A stretch of 63,993 nt of DNA, counting the filler, from Catajapyx aquilonaris (Eukaryota), in the NCBI GenBank assembly GCA_000934665.2. It is 4 parts of 4 records of this genome, joined end to end, with 100 filler letters (N's around TTAATTAATTAA, not from the genome) between each part and the next. Parts side by side here need not be neighbours in the genome. Positions count along the whole stretch, not along the records: positions 48,201 to 63,993 come from JYFJ02007390.1; 3 more parts are not named here. One strand, given 5' to 3'. The position numbers were made by a program, and so were the translations under genes. The notes beneath the pieces are model-generated. The model did no database searches, had not been told where the DNA came from, and saw only the letters and a list, made by a program, of their open reading frames with translations. Positions 48,101 to 61,151 of the stretch are shown here, in pieces. How positions within the stretch are numbered: the first letter of the stretch is position 1; the number at the start of each line of letters is the position of its first letter.

Positions 48101-48200
48101 NNNNNNNNNNNNNNNNNNNNNNNNNNNNNNNNNNNNNNNNNNNNTTAATTAATTAANNNNNNNNNNNNNNNNNNNNNNNNNNNNNNNNNNNNNNNNNNNN
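48101..48200. other. Artificial contig spacer
   Basis: N44-TTAATTAATTAA-N44. Confidence 0.95.
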
Positions 48201-48510
48201 ACCCTTTCACATCCGAATTATTTCTGAACCCAAGGACTTTGACACCTATGTCAAATGGGTGGATATAGGGGTTTGAAGGGTGGCTCGATTTAATGGCACT
48301 GTTTAGCTTCCGCATTTGCTTCACCTTCTAGGCGAAACCACAAACTTATATAACACCCCTCGTACTTTACATGTCCAAATGTGGATGCATTTGCCTCTTG
48401 TGTTCCCCAGCAGGGACACCAGTTTTCAGCACTACTCTCAGACAAGGAAAGTAGAAAATATGCCTATATTTCCCCATTGACATCATCATTAATAAGTTTT
48501 CTAAGTATTA

Positions 48511-48843
48511 ATAATAATAATAATTGATTGGGTGTTCGGCTAACCCCATAGGGGTTTTTTGCCAGACCTTTATTGTGATGGTGTATAATTCTGGGAATCC
48601 TATTATTGAAGCGCCCGGGCCCACAGGCAGGATGACAGGAGGGGATGTGCAAGTGCAGTGCATCTGACGTGTGGCCATATTTAGTGTGCTCTCCCGGGTG
48701 GTTTAGTCGGTAGGAAATACCACCCGAGACGAAGCCAGAGGTGACCGACCTCTGCACGAGATGAAGGGGGTGTCCCCCGGGCTGGGATCGAACCCGGGAC
48801 CTTAACATCCGTGGGCGTTACCGCGGCGCCACTCCGTCTCCCC
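48511..48843 (-). mobile_element. SINE family B
   Basis: Same head as 20804-21142 and a (TTA)n tail. TSD TTCTA(A/T)GTATTA at 48499-48510 and 48844-48855. Confidence 0.82.
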
Positions 48844-49975
48844 TTCTATGTATTACAAACAATAAATAACTCATAACACTATTCAACATTCGAGAATTAA
48901 GTACTAATCATATTCGGAACATGAGGTGCAGCCATTATTTCCTGAGTTAAAATTCAAACACCTGGATCTTAAAAAGCTGAAGCAATATTAAGCAGGTTTG
49001 AACTTGTATAAATTAGCTGTGACTCTCATGAAGCACCCGTAACTACTGCCAGCTCATTAACAACAGTATAACTAGCACAAAAAAATTAAAGTGTAACAAC
49101 TGCAGGTGTCCCCTATAGGGGACTCTCGGCATATCTGGGTTAATCAAGGAGACAGCTTTTGCATTATGCTGTTTCTTTATTGGCATGACAAATATCTTGG
49201 ACTTATGTGAAATGAAATAGGATAGATGTTTGGCTGCACCAAGATTTATTCTTCTGTTTTGAGTGATTATCCAGATATTTGGTTTCCTTTTTTTCTGTGC
49301 ATGTTGTACAGGGGTTAGAAAAAATAATGGGGCCCCCTGCAAAAAGCTGGTGAATTTTCTCCTCCATGGTACTCGAAAACTGGAAAGGTTACAGAGACGA
49401 TCGTTACTGATTTTTGAAGCTCTGTCGATGTACCCCCGCGAGCATAAAGATAGAGACGGCCGGCCCTTTATTGACCTTTCTTTATCCAACTGAAATTAAT
49501 GAACTATTTTTGGACCGAGTTAGCTGCTTCAGGCGTGTGTTCATGTATTTATGACAGTATATTTGATACTGTAATTGCTGAGATTGGCAGAGCAGCCTGC
49601 CGTCTCCATCTTTATGCTTGCGGGTGTACATGTACAGACATGAAGATGACACAAAAATCACAAGAGGAGGGGGAGAAACAAAAGACCAACTATATATCCC
49701 CCCCGACCTAATTTTTGACCAGAGTGTCCCACCCTTTTCATTTGAAAACAAAATCAGTTACAGATATGAACTTTACTGGGTTTTGAAGCTCTATCGATGT
49801 CATTGTGTGGTATAGAGCTGGACCAAAATTACCGACGGGGTGGGGGGGGGGGGGGNGGGAAATAGAAACGACACCCTCCCTTTCCCAGCACTAAATCTGA
49901 GATGAGGTTGGACAAAATAATGTATAGTAAGTTTGGGTCGAATTTTCGTCCCACTGCTAGTTACTACTAACTTAC

Positions 49976-51837
49976 GGGCCATTCCACATGAAATCATCAC
50001 GAGGTATGCTCATGAATTTTAGATTTCCAAAATAATTTGCAGGGAGATAGACCTATCCCTAAACTCTAGATTTCCCAAGTATTTCGCTCCGCTGTCCTCA
50101 AGGTCACGAGAGGTGATGGGATATGTCCAAGGGGGCAAATTGCAACTTTCAAATTGAGACACTTTCAGAATCGAATATCTCAAAAACTACGCTTCGCAGC
50201 GACTCTTCTCATGGAACATTTGTTTCAGATCATACAAAGTAGGATTTGAAAATGTAATCACTTACGCGATATATGTATTGTGTAATGAGTTACAGCCTCC
50301 GCAATATCTGTATTTTTGTCAAAATTTGCTCTCTGTCGGAATTTTTTACTGCCGTAATATTGTATTTATTTGCAAATATTATACCTTGTCGGAGACATAT
50401 CCATGTACCTGATCTCTCGCAAATTATTTTGCATTGTACAATATATAATCTCGGAGAATTTAACAGTCGTATTTTGAAGAAACCTCATTTTGGCCATTAT
50501 TGAGGCGCGAAAAAAGGTATGTGGGACAACGACTAATAATCAGGAAGTGGGTTATTCGTATAGGCCAAAATGTGGGCTTTCAGAATATATCTACCTGATA
50601 TATGATAATCTGGCCTGGAGAGATGGTAGGGCCTTTTGTTTGAAGGCAAGTTCCGCCGGCAGCTGCGGCGTCTTCACCCGGCCATCATACTGCCCCCACT
50701 GGAGAACACTGGAGAGTCCGAAGCACGGTCTGAAGCCATCTGATGATGGCCAAGTGAAGACGCTGCAGCTGCCGGCGGAACTTGCCTTCAAACAAAAGGC
50801 CCTACCGTCTCTCCAGGCCAGATTATCATATATCAGGTAGATTCTGAAAGCCCACGTTTTGGCCTATCCGAATAAGCCACTTCTTGATTTTTAGTCGTTG
50901 TCCCACATACCTTTTTTCGCGCCTCAATAATGGCCAAAATGAGGTTTCTTCAAAGTACGACTGTTAAATTCTCCGAGATTATATATTGTACAATGCGAAA
51001 TAATTTGCGAGAGATCAGGTACATGGATATGTCTCCGACAAGGTATAATATTTGCAAATTAATACAATATTACGGCAGTAAAAAATTCCAAAAGAGAGCA
51101 AATTTTGACAAAAATACAGATATTGCGGAGGCTGTAACTCATTACACAATACGTACAGGGTGGACCAACTTCAAGTGTCGTTTTATAACAGCGATTAATA
51201 GCAGTGATTTTGCGATGATGTAGCAGCGACGTGTAAAATGTCCCACTTCGGCGCCATCGAAAATATTAGCTGCCAATAGCAGCTCACGTGTAATCAACCC
51301 TGCTGCTGGGTTGACCTGGAAAAAAGTAGGTGCACACATGACCTGAGATGCGCCTGGGTGAAATGGGTGACGCCCAAGGCATCAGATGAACCTGTAATGC
51401 ATTACATGTGTGCTGCTACTGGCAGCTAATATTTTCGATGGCGCCGAAGTGGGACATTTTACACGTCGCTGCTACGTCAATCGTAAAGCGCTTCTATTAA
51501 TAGCTGTTATAAAACGACACTTGAAGTTGGTCCACCCTGTATATCGCATAAGTGATTACATTTTCAAATCCTACTTCGTATGATCTGAAACAAATATTCC
51601 ACGAGAAGAGTTGCTGCGAAGCGTAGTTTTTGAGATATTCGATTCTGAAAGTGTCTCAATTTGAAATTTGCAATTTGCCCCCTTGGACATATCCCATCAC
51701 CTCTCGTGACCTTGAGGACAGCGGAGCGAAATACTTGGGAAATCTAGAGTTTAGGGATAGGTCTATCTCCCTGCAAATTATTTTGGAAATCTAAAATTCA
51801 TGAGCATACCTCGTGATGATTTCACGTGGAATGGCCC
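49976..51837. mobile_element. Fold-back element with ~710-bp near-perfect arms
   Basis: GGGCCATTCCAC ... GTGGAATGGCCC flanked by a TTAC duplication (49972-49975, 51838-51841). Loop ~50690-50742. Confidence 0.88.
51156..51539. mobile_element. Tc1/mariner-type MITE (384 bp) in the right arm of the fold-back element
   Basis: TA|CAGGGTGGACCAACTTCAAG ... CTTGAAGTTGGTCCACCCTG|TA. Absent from the mirrored left arm near 50270. Confidence 0.9.
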
Positions 51838-52040
51838 TTACCAGTACCATATTTGTCACTGGTACTACGAAGTTAACAGTGGGACGAAAATTTTCTCCGT
51901 TGTTCGCATTCAAGCAGTTCCGGGAGAGGGGGGGTGACGTTTCTATTTTTCCCCCCTCTCCCTGTCGGTAATTTTGGTCCATCTCTATACCACACAGAGT
52001 GACATCGTTAGAGCTTCAAAACCCGGTAAAGTTCATATAT

Positions 52041-52219
52041 GGTGAAGTGGGGTAAGTGCATACACGGGCCGCCATATTGGAATGAAAATGGCTGACGACA
52101 CCAAAACGCGTCCGGGGATGTTATGTGCAGCTACACAAAGAGTGCCTGACGCGTTTTGGTGTCGTCAGCCATTTTCATTCCAATATGGCGGCCCGTGTAT
52201 GCCCTTACCCCGCTTCACC
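52041..52219. mobile_element. Small palindromic MITE (~180 bp)
   Basis: GGTGAAGTGGGGTAAG...CCAAAACGCGTC pairs with GACGCGTTTTGG...CTTACCCCGCTTCACC. Absent from the mirrored outer left arm. Confidence 0.8.
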
Positions 52220-52854
52220 TTAATTGTTTTCGTTTTTTTCAAATGAACAGGTTGGGACACTTTGGTCAAAAATGGGGTCTGGGGGGGGGGGGTAGCGTTC
52301 GTCTTTTGTTTCTCCCCCTCCTCTTGTGATTTTTGCGCCATCTTCATGTCTGTAAATGTACATCGACAGAGCTTCAAAAATCAGTGAATCTCATCTCTGT
52401 CACCTTTCCAGTTTTCGAGTACTATGGATGAGAAAATTCACCCACTTTTTGCAGGGGGGCCCATTATTTTGTCTAACCCCTGTATATTGGGATTGGTTTG
52501 TATGGGGCGGAGGTCCCCCTAAAGTTCCTACATGGCCCAACATGGGGTTTAAAATATAAAATTCAAATTTAAAAGAAAGGAGATATTCATTAGAAATCCA
52601 AGGGCTTAGGGACCTCCCAAAAAAACAAGTTGCAGTAATATTGCATGTTGTAGGGCCTGTTGTTTGATCAATGGTAAGCCCTGAACAGGTGATTCATCCC
52701 ATGTTATTCATACAAGATTAAGAACATGTTCTGGGTGTACCAGTGGTCATAAGCCCAAAGTTTTCATTGTGTCTGATTTAAAAGGAACCTGCTTTTTGTA
52801 TATAATTACATGCAGTTTTTCAGTAACACTGAGGCCTTCCCCTTAATCTTTCAG

Positions 52855-55800
52855 ATAAAGCGTCCATACTTCCACATAAAAGCTCTAGACAAAAGGCAAC
52901 TGAAGAACTGGGAGGAGTACTTGTTGTTTGAGAGATCCCAGCCAAATAACCACGCTCGGACAGTGCTTTTGTATGAACGTTGTTTGATAGCCTGTGCCCA
53001 CTATGAACAGTTCTGGTGCAGCTATGCTGACTACCTAATGGGGACAGAAGCTCTGAGAGGAAAAAATTTAGAGAGCCAAGATCATGGTACAAGGGATGAA
53101 GTTAGTTACAATGAAGCCTGTTCCACTACCACACTGAACGACACATTGGAGGACAATGCTGACAGTGCAGATGCCCAGTCTAGCATCAAGAATCAAAGCC
53201 CTACTGTGATGGATAACATTAATGTTGTGGAAGACCATATTAGTACCAAGGACCAAACTAGTATTGTGGATGTAAGTGCTGCAAAAGACCACTCTAGTAC
53301 CTTGGAAGACCACTCTAGTATCATGGAAGATCACTCTAGCACCATGGAATACCATGTTAATGTTGCAGAAGACCAAGTTAGCACCAAGGACCAAACCAGT
53401 ACTGTGGATGTAAGTGCTGCAAATGACCACACTGGTTCCACAGAAGACCACACTAGTACTATGGAAGACCACTCTAGTACAGTGCAAGACCACTCTAATA
53501 TCTTGGAAGACCACTCTAGTACCGTGGAAGACCACTCTAGTATCATGGAAGATCACTCTAGCACCATGGAATACCATGTTAATGTTGCAGAAGACCAAGT
53601 TAGCACCAAGGACCAAACCAGTACTGTGGATGTAAGTGCTGCAAATGACCACACTGGTTCCACAAAAGACCACACTAGTACCATGGAAGACCAAGTTAGC
53701 ACCAAGGACCAAACCAGTACTGTGGATGTAAGTGTTGCCAAAGACCACACTGATTCCACAGAAGACCACACTAGTACCATGGAAGACCACTCTAGTACAG
53801 TGCAAGACCACTCTAATACCTTGGAAGACCACTCTAGTACAGTGCAAGACCACTCTAATACCTTGGAAGACCACTCTAGTACCATGGAAGACCACTCTAG
53901 TACTATGGATAATGCTGAAATCTCAGAAAATCAGTCTCATGGATCAAAGCACCCTGTTAGTACTGCAGAAGATCGTGCTATTAGCAGGGAGGTCCATTCT
54001 AGGACCATAAATAATCAAGATCATAGGGTGGCAGGTTGTGCCACTATATTAGACAGCCATGCTAATAGTGTGGAGGACTATGCTAGTATTATGGAGGTGT
54101 GTGTTGGTACCATGAATGATCAGCATGGTGTTATTGAGGATCCTGGCAGTAACACTAGCAAAGAAGAGAAATATGCAGCAGTTAGTAATGCAGTTGCTCC
54201 AAAGAGCATGGACATTGGTGCTTCTTTGGGCAGTGACTCTCAGAAAGAGTTGCCTCCCAAAGAAGCAACTGTTTCTCCTGCTTCACCACCATCAACAATA
54301 CCCCCTTCTCATTCCATTGTTGATGGCCATACCTTCAATCCTGCGATAGGTCATTATTATCAAAACACCATTTTAGGTTCTGCAGGGATTTCAGGTGGGG
54401 CAGAGGATGTGGTAAGGAATGTGTTCAGAAGAGCATGTTTGATTCATTGTCCATACCGGCCTGGAATTGCAATCAAATGGGCACAATTTGAGGAGCAGTC
54501 AGGTATTTGACTTTTATATAATTATATATATATGGTGTACCGGTATATGAAGACGTCATGGGAAGAACCCATCCAGGTCCACTTTTTGTCAAAAATTAGT
54601 TACATATCTGAGAAGATAGTTTCCCTAGCATATAATATGATGGTTTGGTGGTGGTTGTGGAGTAATGATCATAGGTCACTATGGAAGGCCCCGAAAACTG
54701 GATTTACAGTAGAACCTTTTCGGCCTTCGAAATTGAAAATGGCAATAATATCTCAGTTTCACATGAGATGGGCCTTGATCGTTTTTTCTCTTGAGGTCTT
54801 CATTGATGGCTAAATATGTTATATTGGTGACAATTTCAATAAGCTTGTTGGCAAATTGTAACCTCGTTTATCAGTTGACATAAAAATTAAAATCTAGATA
54901 TTCCAGGCACTTTCTGTGGCCGTTGGAAAGAGGACGGAATTTTAATTTGTGTGTTAACATTTCAGTCTCTCATATCTCATTTCAAGTTACCTCTTTGCAA
55001 TTCTAGCCATCACTTTTTTCATTCACACTACAATATTAGGCTTCGTGTGCATCAAATGTCTTGGAAGTGCATTACAGAATAGATTTTTCACCACTTCTCT
55101 ATCTTGAGAATAGCCTCTAATCTTGCATGCAAGTGACTCATGGGTTGCTACAAGGTTTCATCAGTCCATTCAGATGAAAGTGAGCCAGTAAACCATATAA
55201 GCCCATGGTTAGGAACTGGACCAGAAACAAAAATGCTAACAATCCTGGCATACTGCATCTACCATTAGATCAAGTTTGATTGGTATAAGAATGGCAGGAG
55301 AGCAAGAAGATATTTTTAACAGGCTGTTCCTGCCCTCTCCCCACCTCACCTGCTCAGAATCAACTGCTGTAAGGGCAGATGACAGACCTGCTTGCTATGG
55401 AATGAAGGAAAGATACAGAGAGAGAGAGAGAGTGAAGGGTAATCCCACCATAACTGAAGCAGCATTTGGAAAGGCATTCCATGCTGTACTTATATTTATT
55501 GCAATGGGAAATGTTAATGGAAAAGGAATTTAAGATTACTGCCATGTGGCTGCCTCCTGATAGCTTATTGCCATATATTTAGAATGGGGGAACTAGCCTT
55601 GGTCTGGGATTTGGGATATTTGTTCATAACTAGCTAGCCCATGCCTGTAAACATACATTCCATCACTCTGTTGCATCAAAATGGCATTACTGGATAAATT
55701 ACAGCACATTTAAAAGTGCCTTCAACATTGGCGGGAAAAACGCCGCTGCCAATCGAAAGGGTACACTGAAATGCCTGGTTGACTGCAAGATATGAGGAAT

Positions 55801-58800
55801 TTGACTTTGAATTAACCGCGGACACGATGGAAAGCATTCGCAAGGCGACTGTAGGCCATCGAGGTGGAGAAGGGGGGCCTTCATGTGCCGAATTCGGGTG
55901 ACAGATGATTCCTGCCAGTTGGCACCACTGCCAGCCCCTTAGCTGATTGAGCGGCGTGAAGTAAAAACGCGCCCCGGCCGCTATCTTGCTCACGGAATGG
56001 GACGGTTGCTAACCACAGCGAAGCATTTTACAACAATGACGGGGCGCGTTCTATAACACCATTTTTGCGTTCATTTCACTTCGCGTGACGTCAACATTTT
56101 CTAGGGAAACAGTGACGTCACCATTTCCCTACATAAAAACCCCAATTACTCCGGAACGGGAACTGATATCTTAAAACGGAATATGCCAAAAAAATCCAAA
56201 AAATATGGGCGAATTTATTATGTAGTTTCCAAAATGAAGGCTACTTCCCCATTTCGCAACAGTAGGCTAACATGAATGGACTCGGTAAAATATTAATATA
56301 ATGGAACTGACATGAAGTGGTGGGCACAGCTAACTGAAAGTTTAGCTTCGCTAACCACTAATCCGCTAACTAAAAACCCTTTGTCTTCGCTAAATCGCTT
56401 CCGCTAGATGGTTGGAAAATTCTCGGAAGCTGACGCTAACTTTTATTTTGTGAGTTTAATCTTTTTTGGCTCTAGGACCATTTAAAAAATAAAAACAGAC
56501 CTAGACTGCTAAAGCCTAGAGAGCACTGCTACACATATGCCTTATTTAGTTATTTACTGTTCCGTACAAACAGTAATAAACAAATCCAAATAGCAAAAAA
56601 GTTGATTGGCACCAAAAATATAGAAGATAAGGGTCTAGTTGCCAAAATATTGGGCAAAAGTGGAGGGTGGAAGATGGGGGAGGGGGGGGAGGAGAGAGAG
56701 AGAGAGAGAGAAGCGCACCACGACATCTGACGGTGATGCACCGAAGTAAGCGAGTCGGCCGCACCCAGCCAGTAACGCCATCCAGTCCATAACAGCAGAA
56801 GTGGGGATTCCGTGGTCGGCCTCTTTTTTTTCCAGTTTTTTTCCTTTTTTTGAGCTTTATGAAGTTCCTCTGCACCGTTTCCAGAAAGCAAAAGTGGTTT
56901 GCAAATATAGAAAATACGGGCTAAATTTTGACACCACTCCCAATGCTGTAGGCCGTACACAGCGGGAGGAGTTGCCCTCACAGTAGGGTATTAATAATAT
57001 AGATTGTTGTTCCTCTTGTCCCTTGACGTAAGAACAAAGTAGTCCTCTAAGTGGGCCCAAGGGTTCCCATCACCCTTCTCATATTCCTGGCTCTCAGCCT
57101 CCACCTCACCTACAGGTGGAAGAAAAACGTCGTCTTCACTTTCCATTGTCCACCAAAAGACTGCAGGATTAAGTGGGGGACTCTCCCCCCAACCTATGCC
57201 ACTTCACCCCTTGTGTTTAACCAGAGGAAAAGGAGACTATTGCTTCTCAAAAAGATAACCATGTCCTAAATATTTCGACCTCTGTGGTTAAGCCATACAG
57301 GGTAGGGTCTCAAAATCGGTTTTCCTTTTGATCCCTCTGTACCCACCATTCCCTAACCAAGCTGATTGGTCCCCCATAAACAGGTCTAATTTAATTCCTG
57401 CCGTGAGTGGAAAGCGGGAAGTGGGCCAAGCAATGCAACTCAAAAATTAACAGACAGCGAGTCAGGAACACTAATGAATTTTGTTAGTGGACTTAAATTT
57501 AACGGCACTAAGCTTAGCGGAAGCTAATTGGTCTGCTAGTGGCCTGAAAAGTTATCAAAAACCACTAATCACCTAACGAAAAGTTAGTTCTGCTACTAGC
57601 GGTTAGTGGTGCTAATGCCCACCTTTGCTGACATGACATGAAAAGACAAGCTCTTTGGGGGGTGCTGTAGTGACGTGAAACCCTGTGAGCTGAATGTGTT
57701 TAGAAGTAATGTTACAACTGATATGCAAGTTACACTCGAGGAACAATTTTGTGATTATTTTAGACCACGCCTGTTCATGTTCATATTTTCATGAGAAATT
57801 AGGATTATTGTAACTTATGTAACAAACAGTGGAAAGTTGCATCAGTTATGACTATTATATCTTGACTTTTCTATGGTTCTGCTGCTATCTGGTAGCAGAA
57901 CATTGCTACACCTACTTCATCTGACATAATGACATAATGATATATGGATCTGCTTTCAATAAGCCATCTACCACCCCACAATATGCGACTTAATTTGTAT
58001 CATGTCTCTGTTCCTGTGGAATTACCCATAAATTAAAACGTTACTGACTACAAGTGCTGGTTGATCCAAGTGTATTTCCCACTTCTGGACCAAACACCCA
58101 ATACACCTGCCATGAAATTCCTGTAGTAACCAATGGCGATGCTGGCGGCACTGTCAGAGGCAGGTGTATCATATTTAGTCCAGCAGTGGCACTGCAAGGC
58201 ATTTTGCCTAATATTTTTCTCTCCTCCCATATCCCCATGTGTCACGTGTCATTACGGCTAACCTTCCATTATTTTGAAAAATATATCGGCACATTGTGAC
58301 AAGGTCAAGTATCTAGTGGATTGCCTAGATACTTGCAGATGTGATTTTTTCAAAATGATGGAAGTGAAGGGTCTGACAGGTTGGGGTACCCTTTTGGACC
58401 ATCTCCTGGCCCCCATGCCACTATGGTGCCAACTTAATGTGGTCCACTGGTAGCTGATATATGTCAAAATTTTTAGCATATTTGCTCTCAGACTTAATCA
58501 TATCCAGATCCACATATGGTTGACTGAGTTGCTTTCATTTGAATTAATCTTGTATAAGGAAAATAAGCTCAGGTAAATAAGAAGCATTACCGAAGCAGTA
58601 GTGGTGGATTGGATACGGTGTCCGACTGCTAATCGGGAGGTCCTGAGATCAAATCCTGGGGCCGGCAACTCTGACCGTGGTTTTCTGTGGTTTCCCATGG
58701 TCCTTCCATGAAAATTCCGAGTTGCTTCCGTAATGAATAGGCCACAGCCGCTTCCTCCCGTCCCTATCCTATCCCAAAGAACACAGTAAAATGAAAGTAA

Positions 58801-59639
58801 AGAGTTCCAGGCAAAACATACTTCCCCCCTAAAGAGCCGATGATGGCTGATAACGGGGTATGAATTATTATTATTATTAAATAAGAAGAATTTCTTCCTA
58901 CAAACTGGTCAGGGAGACTAACTACTCATGACTGCGTTTAATCTTGGTTTAATGTACAGTTAATTGCTCTTGGCTCACTCCTAAAAGTGTAAGTTGTGCT
59001 GTTTTGGCTGCAGAGTACTTAAATATGTTCACAGAGTGTGGATATACCTATTAAACCCTTTGTTAGTTGTAACTGAGTAAAAGGGACAGTTTTGCAACTC
59101 CAACTGTTGCTACAATACTTTTTTCACAGGAAATATTGGTGAATGTGGCAGGCTGCTGTCCCAACTGGTTGAGCAGAATCCAACTTTGCTAGATCCTCGC
59201 ATCCAGTTGATAGAACTGGAACGCCGCCAAGGAAGAATGGACTTAGTTGAAGACCAATATAGAAAGGCAATGGAGATATTTTCATCAGGACCCACTTTCA
59301 CTTGGCTTGCCATCAAGTGTGCACGTTTCATCTTCAAGGTACCTTTAAGTGCAGCTGGAATGAGATATTCCGCAATGACACCAATTTAATCCACTAGGTA
59401 TTGGGGCAACCAGAGAAGTCCTTAGCAGTTTTGCGAGTGGCCCTGAAAAAAGATCAGTCTAACCCTCACCTCTATATGCAAATAGTGGACATCTGCTATC
59501 AGCGTTTTCCAATTGATGTTGCTGGTGTATCAGCTGCATTGGACCTGGCTCTCAAGAGGAAAGAGATGCCCCTAAGCAAGAAAATTGAGTTTGCTGAATG
59601 CAAGACCAGTTTCATGCATGAATTTGGAGACGAATTAGG
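52855..59639 (+). CDS. PRPF39: Pre-mRNA-processing factor 39 (U1 snRNP HAT-repeat protein), internal exons 52855-54502, 59130-59338, 59398-59639; partial
   Basis: IKRPYFHIKALDKRQLKNWEEYLLFE...LYERCLIACAHYEQFWCSYADYL and VRNVFRRACLIHCPYRPGIAIKWAQFEEQSG|NI...IELERRQG...LAIKCARFIFK|...ALKKDQSNPHLY follow the PRPF39/Prp39 HAT-repeat consensus in order. Phase-consistent GT-AG junctions. Confidence 0.9.
53225..53910 (+). repeat. Coding 21-bp (7-aa EDHSST[MVL]) minisatellite inside the PRPF39 exon
   Basis: GAAGACCACTCTAGTACC(A/G/T)TG units with a 222-bp higher-order duplication. Confidence 0.92.
56315..57627. mobile_element. Non-autonomous hAT-type element (~1.3 kb) in a PRPF39 intron
   Basis: 8-bp TSD CTGACATG (56307-56314, 57628-57635). 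Imperfect TIR AAGTGGTGGGCA / TGCCCACCTTTG. GCTAA/TTAG subterminal motifs. Confidence 0.75.
58589..58877 (+). mobile_element. SINE family A
   Basis: Closely similar to 21879-22167, with a (TTA)n tail and TAAATAAGAAG duplicated on both sides. Confidence 0.85.
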
Positions 59640-60399
59640 GTGAGTTAGGGGGAATATGTCAGCCTACGCATACCATGTGTTCCAGAATTAAGCTTATATG
59701 TAAGTATCAGTTGAGATATAGTGGACTCCCCTGCTTTGGTACTCCTGTACTGCCAAATCTCAGTTGGCCAGAAGAACTTATCCTGCATACTCCCATGTGC
59801 ATCTCCTCTGGTCTTTCTCTTCCCTCCCCCCCCCCCCTCCCCCTTTTCCTTTCTCCTCCCTGCCCCCTCAGGGGGCCAACAGGACTAGAGGGCATGTGCA
59901 ATGCGTATTTCATCTTTTATTTATTTATTTATTTATTCATTTATTTACCCCGATTGCCCTTTCTGGTATTTCAACTTATATGGATGTAATATTAATTCTA
60001 TAACTCATGGTACAGTGAAACTTGTTCATAATGGATCCTGAGTATAGTGGAAACCTGTCCATTACAAAAAAAAATCTGGGAATGGGTGGATGCATAGGTC
60101 ATGCAGTGTATTTATTGACATGTGTAACGGAGCCTGCCCAATGCAGAAACAGAAAGGATTTTTGTCTCCTTTCACAGAAAATTCCTGTTCATAACAGAAA
60201 TCAAAATATTAGCATTATCTTCTTCCAGTCAGTGTCACAAAAATAGAATCTCCAGTTGAACCTCCAGGACTCTGAGTCAGCCTTTTGTGGACTTTCCTAC
60301 ACAAAGTCTCATAATTTCTGGCATTGCAATAGGGTCCATGACCTTGTGACATTGGTGAGGGAAGGGCATTATTTTTGGTTGGGACCAATAATATTGTAA

Positions 60400-60895
60400 A
60401 GGCCAGTGCACACTAGAGTTGCTGGCTACGCGCTGCTCCCGTTCATTTCATTGTTGCTGTCACTCCGTTTCATTGCCGTGTTCACACTCAAGATACTGTG
60501 TCGCAAGATAGGGTGGGAAGCCACCACCCCGTACCCGCAACACCCTTTCTCCAACCCCAGTCCTCCCACCACCTCACATCTTCCACCACCCAGAACCTGT
60601 TTGGCATGTCTTCTTCCCTATACCCAACCGCATGTTGTCAATCTCCTGGCCTGCCTGAGTCAATGAATACTTCCAACTGTGCTCGCCAGAGGAGCCACAG
60701 TGGCACAGCACACCAATCAACCCCACCCCTTGGTTACGTCTTGGCTCTCCATTGGCTCCTTTGCGCGTAGAGCTTGTGAGAGGAGCGAAAAAATACACAA
60801 ATTTCAAAGCTGCGCAGAGCAAACTGGGCTGTGATTGGTTGCCTCTATCGGAGCGGGAGCAGCTCATAGCCAGCAACTCCAGTGTGCATGGGCCT
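60400..60895. mobile_element. PIF/Harbinger-type MITE
   Basis: TAA|AGGCCAGTGCACACTAGAGTTGCTGGCTA ... TAGCCAGCAACTCCAGTGTGCATGGGCCT|TAA. Confidence 0.78.
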
Positions 60896-60900
60896 TAATT

Positions 60901-61151
60901 GAGGGGTGTGGGGGAAAAACATGATAACTGACATTTTTGTCATTTTTTACCTAAACACCAAGCAACTATGTATAAGACATGACAAACAGTTTGGTATATA
61001 CTCCAAGTTCATGTATCATGCATGAGACGGCCACACAGACTAGATCACAACCAGCATTCCCTATGATTTGTTAAGAAAATTCAAACTTCAATTCGCTCTC
61101 CTGAAAAATTACTCTTTTGTCAGTTATCATGTTTTTCCCCCCACACCCCTC
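60901..61151. mobile_element. MITE with GAG..CTC ends and AATT duplication (Sola-like)
   Basis: AATT|GAGGGGTGTGGGGGAAAAACATGATAACTGACA ... TGTCAGTTATCATGTTTTTCCCCCCACACCCCTC|AATT. Confidence 0.78.

Larger units (their letters stand above)
49309..52482. mobile_element. Outer long-TIR Tc1/mariner-type non-autonomous element hosting three nested palindromic insertions
   Basis: TA|CAGGGGTTAGA ... TCTAACCCCTG|TA. Arms pair imperfectly for several hundred bp. Confidence 0.85.

Noticed and set aside
53068..53895. 275-aa antisense ORF and other overlapping ORFs in the repeat
   Set aside because: These are shadows of the 21-bp coding repeat of PRPF39.
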